64,000 nucleotides of DNA from a virus, in the IMG/VR virus record IMGVR_UViG_3300028840_006907, positions 352,001 through 416,000 of that record. One strand, 5' to 3'. The position numbers and the translations under genes were made by a program. The notes beneath the pieces are model-generated. The model was not told the DNA's origin. It searched no databases and saw only the letters and a program-made list of their open reading frames with translations. Shown in pieces: positions 61,533-64,000 of this stretch (the first letter of the stretch is position 1; the number at the start of each line of letters is the position of its first letter).

Positions 61533-61907
61533 ATGTTAACAACTACAGGATTTAATAATTTTGGATTTGAAGTATCAGATACTACGTTAAGTGTTCTTCC
61601 TGGTACTGCCAGAGTTGGAAGCAAATTATTAAAGTTTGATGGATCACGGGTTTTATTTGACAATATTACCAATTTTGGAGTGGAAACTTTTTCTTATCAG
61701 AATACTTTATTATATTTGCAGAATGTTGGTGACGTAGCTGATATGACTCAATCGAGATCTGATGTTACCAGTTCAGCATTATCAATAGATATCCCTGCTC
61801 TTCCTACTAATGCCAGTGGCCATTATGCTGATGAATATCCTTTGGGACTCTTTACCTTTTACAAAGATGCATCGGATGTAAGTTTGTATAAATATAACCA
61901 GATTTAA
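61533..61907 (+). CDS. Hypothetical small protein after the fibre gene
   Basis: 124-aa ORF, 12 nt after the fibre stop. Confidence 0.55.
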   Translation: MLTTTGFNNFGFEVSDTTLSVLPGTARVGSKLLKFDGSRVLFDNITNFGVETFSYQNTLLYLQNVGDVADMTQSRSDVTSSALSIDIPALPTNASGHYADEYPLGLFTFYKDASDVSLYKYNQI

Positions 61908-62299
61908 TATTTACTTAAAAGATCTTTTTTAAAATCAGGAATTTTCTGGGTTATAGTAGGCAATAATTCTTTTATTATTGTACTGTTTAATTGCTGTAAT
62001 TTCTCACAATATTCATTTTGAGCATCCAGAACAGTTTCAGTACATTCATCTTTTAGTGCCTTTTCTTTTTCATGATGTAATTGTTTTAATTCTTCTACAG
62101 CTTTATTGAAACTGTTTTCAAAACGTACTTTCATTTTAATTGCTAAACTTTCTAAGGATTTCTCTACAAAAGCATTAATAATTTCTTCGTAATCGTCATC
62201 CTCACCAAAACATTCCTTTATTTGATCACATACAAATTCTTTTTCATTTTTTATGACTTCATCAAGCCAACCATCATCAAAAGGTCTTGAGTATTCCAT
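61904..62299 (-). CDS. Hypothetical acidic protein, the only minus-strand gene in the window
   Basis: 131-aa ORF with AAGGA about 9 nt upstream of its ATG on the minus strand; its stop overlaps the stop of the convergent 61533 gene. Confidence 0.5.
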   Translation of the reverse strand: MEYSRPFDDGWLDEVIKNEKEFVCDQIKECFGEDDDYEEIINAFVEKSLESLAIKMKVRFENSFNKAVEELKQLHHEKEKALKDECTETVLDAQNEYCEKLQQLNSTIIKELLPTITQKIPDFKKDLLSKY

Positions 62300-62487
62300 T
62301 TATATTTTCCTTTTTGTTAATATTATTTATATATTTTTTATAATATATTATTAGATTTACCATTGAGCAAGAGAAAAAACATTTTAAACCAATCAAATAC
62401 TTCAGTAAAAAGAATAATACCTCGCGAAGGCCATCTTTAATAAAAATTTATCAATTATAATTTTCTTTTAATACTTGAGATATATTT

Positions 62488-64000
62488 ATGACTCAAATAT
62501 ATCTACCAGATTCAGAAGAACTCGGAAGACGCCGATTCCATGATGCTAAAAGTGATCGTCGTAATTTAAAAAATCTCGCTGAGCAACGTCTCCTTGAGAT
62601 GCGAACGTTATTGCCTTCTAATTACCCTAAAGATCCCTATAGTAGTAATCTTGCTTTATTCCATCGTTTTAATGCTCGGGAGCTGTCTCGAATAAGAATC
62701 TCTAATGATGATATATCAAGAGATTCTCAATACACTACGACAAGACCAGAGTATCTTCATCAGATTCTTGGTGAGAGGCTTTTTTTAGGCAATAGAATAG
62801 CTCCTCTTGGTTACAATGACCAGACATATAGAGAATTTTTAATAGCGATTAAAAACACTTATTTGCGGGGATCGCGGGTTGATGATATTGAAGCATTAGC
62901 CAGTCAGTTTACAGGTCAGGAAGTTATCATAAAAGAGTTGTATAGGGAATTAAGGAATCCTGATACATCTCTTGATGTCACTGACACAAATTACATGGTT
63001 GTTGAAGCATTGATACCTGGTCAATTACCTGCTGGTTATAATATAACTTCATTATTAAATGATTTAGATTTTTACATTAATTTAGTGCGGCCAGCGCATG
63101 TTTTATATGATACACGATTGATATGGACTGAGACCATTGATGTAAATAAGACAACAGATATCTATTTTGGTGATACCGGTGGTGGTTGTGTCCCTCTTTA
63201 TATTTTTGACCCTTTTGATGAAACAACGCTTATGGCGTTGCAGGTATTTGTCCTTCCTACTAGTGAAGGAGCAACAGGTCGAATAGATTCCATTCATCAT
63301 TGGGATTACCTTTTTTATTTGGAAGATGGCACCAGAGTATTAACTGAACCAGGTACTCAGGGAACACAGATTTTTGATGTAAATGGTCGTCAGATTAGTT
63401 TTAGCTCTCTTGAAATAGGTGATCATGTAAAAATAAATTATCAAATTATACCTGGTAATTTTCAATTCTGGTGGTATCCTGTAGGTTTGTTTCCTACATG
63501 GAGTTCACAGTTCTATAGAGATTATTACAGACTTCCCATATTCCAGGAATATGTAAAAAAACATATGGATTCTAAGGGGAGATTTCCTCTTCAGATAAGA
63601 ACAACTGAAACGACCGTTTGTGATCGTTGGGTAACAGATGCTCTTCAGCCTTATTATGAAGATTTAAGAACAAATTGTTCCAGTGGAAGTGTCCAGTCTA
63701 AAGATTATTCTTCTACTCTTAACATCAGAATGGGAAGTGGTCATTTTGCCAATCCTTATGGTACAAACCAGACAGCTCTGCCTGGAAATGAATTTGCTTT
63801 TTTCATGGAAAACACTCCCTTAACTGATGGATCGAGTAATCCAGCTACAGTTTCAGATGTTTCTGTGATGTTAGATGGAAGTTCTTTACCTCCTCAACCG
63901 GTAGTATATGTCGATGCTAGTTCCGGGAAAGTGCAATTAAGTGAGGACCATGAATATTGGGATAATACAGCATTAACTTTTCCTATTCCTGGGGAAGAGT
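62488..64000 (+). CDS. Hypothetical structural protein, 3'-truncated by window edge (at least 504 aa)
   Basis: ATG at 62488 follows an in-frame TGA at 62476; I translated the frame by hand to nt 63999 without a stop. Not in the ORF track, presumably because it has no stop within the window. Confidence 0.65.
   Translation, partial: MTQIYLPDSEELGRRRFHDAKSDRRNLKNLAEQRLLEMRTLLPSNYPKDPYSSNLALFHRFNARELSRIRISNDDISRDSQYTTTRPEYLHQILGERLFLGNRIAPLGYNDQTYREFLIAIKNTYLRGSRVDDIEALASQFTGQEVIIKELYRELRNPDTSLDVTDTNYMVVEALIPGQLPAGYNITSLLNDLDFYINLVRPAHVLYDTRLIWTETIDVNKTTDIYFGDTGGGCVPLYIFDPFDETTLMALQVFVLPTSEGATGRIDSIHHWDYLFYLEDGTRVLTEPGTQGTQIFDVNGRQISFSSLEIGDHVKINYQIIPGNFQFWWYPVGLFPTWSSQFYRDYYRLPIFQEYVKKHMDSKGRFPLQIRTTETTVCDRWVTDALQPYYEDLRTNCSSGSVQSKDYSSTLNIRMGSGHFANPYGTNQTALPGNEFAFFMENTPLTDGSSNPATVSDVSVMLDGSSLPPQPVVYVDASSGKVQLSEDHEYWDNTALTFPIPGEE

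Noticed and set aside
1-64000. Alternative genetic code (stop-codon reassignment)
   Set aside because: ORFs are long and contiguous under the standard code and genes end on TAA or TGA immediately followed by the next start.
1-64000. CRISPR array, tRNA, rRNA, integrase or transposase
   Set aside because: No spaced direct-repeat array, no tRNA-like T-arm/acceptor pattern in the gaps, and no recombinase motifs in any translation.

Overview
AT-rich 64 kb window with 40 of 41 predicted genes on the + strand, tightly packed with stop/start overlaps. I read it as part of a large contractile-tailed (myovirus-like) phage or prophage, probably of a low-GC bacterium (strong AGGAGG Shine-Dalgarno sites, hairpin plus T-tract terminators); no database search was possible, so all product calls rest on motifs read from the translations. 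Layout: (i) 1-21.5 kb, an array of giant fibre/adhesin-like genes (995+, 741, 1305, 682 and 2441 aa), the first three units separated by intrinsic terminators; (ii) 21.6-28 kb, an auxiliary island with a tandem-domain ThyX, a GT-A-like glycosyltransferase, an actin-fold ATPase and Zn-ribbon proteins; (iii) 28-62 kb, a Mu/P2-like tail module (sheath, putative tube, two chaperone-position genes, 1102-aa tape measure, paralogous tube-initiator-like pair, hub, beta-helix spike, then giant baseplate/fibre proteins of 1780, 1057 and 1358 aa). Both window edges cut open reading frames. No rRNA, tRNA, CRISPR array, integrase or transposase was recognised, and there is no sign of stop-codon recoding. 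The best candidate for something undescribed is the co-transcribed ThyX pseudo-dimer plus glycosyltransferase pair (possible DNA base hypermodification cassette), followed by the fibre array built on a shared DUF2341/LamG-like N-terminal module.
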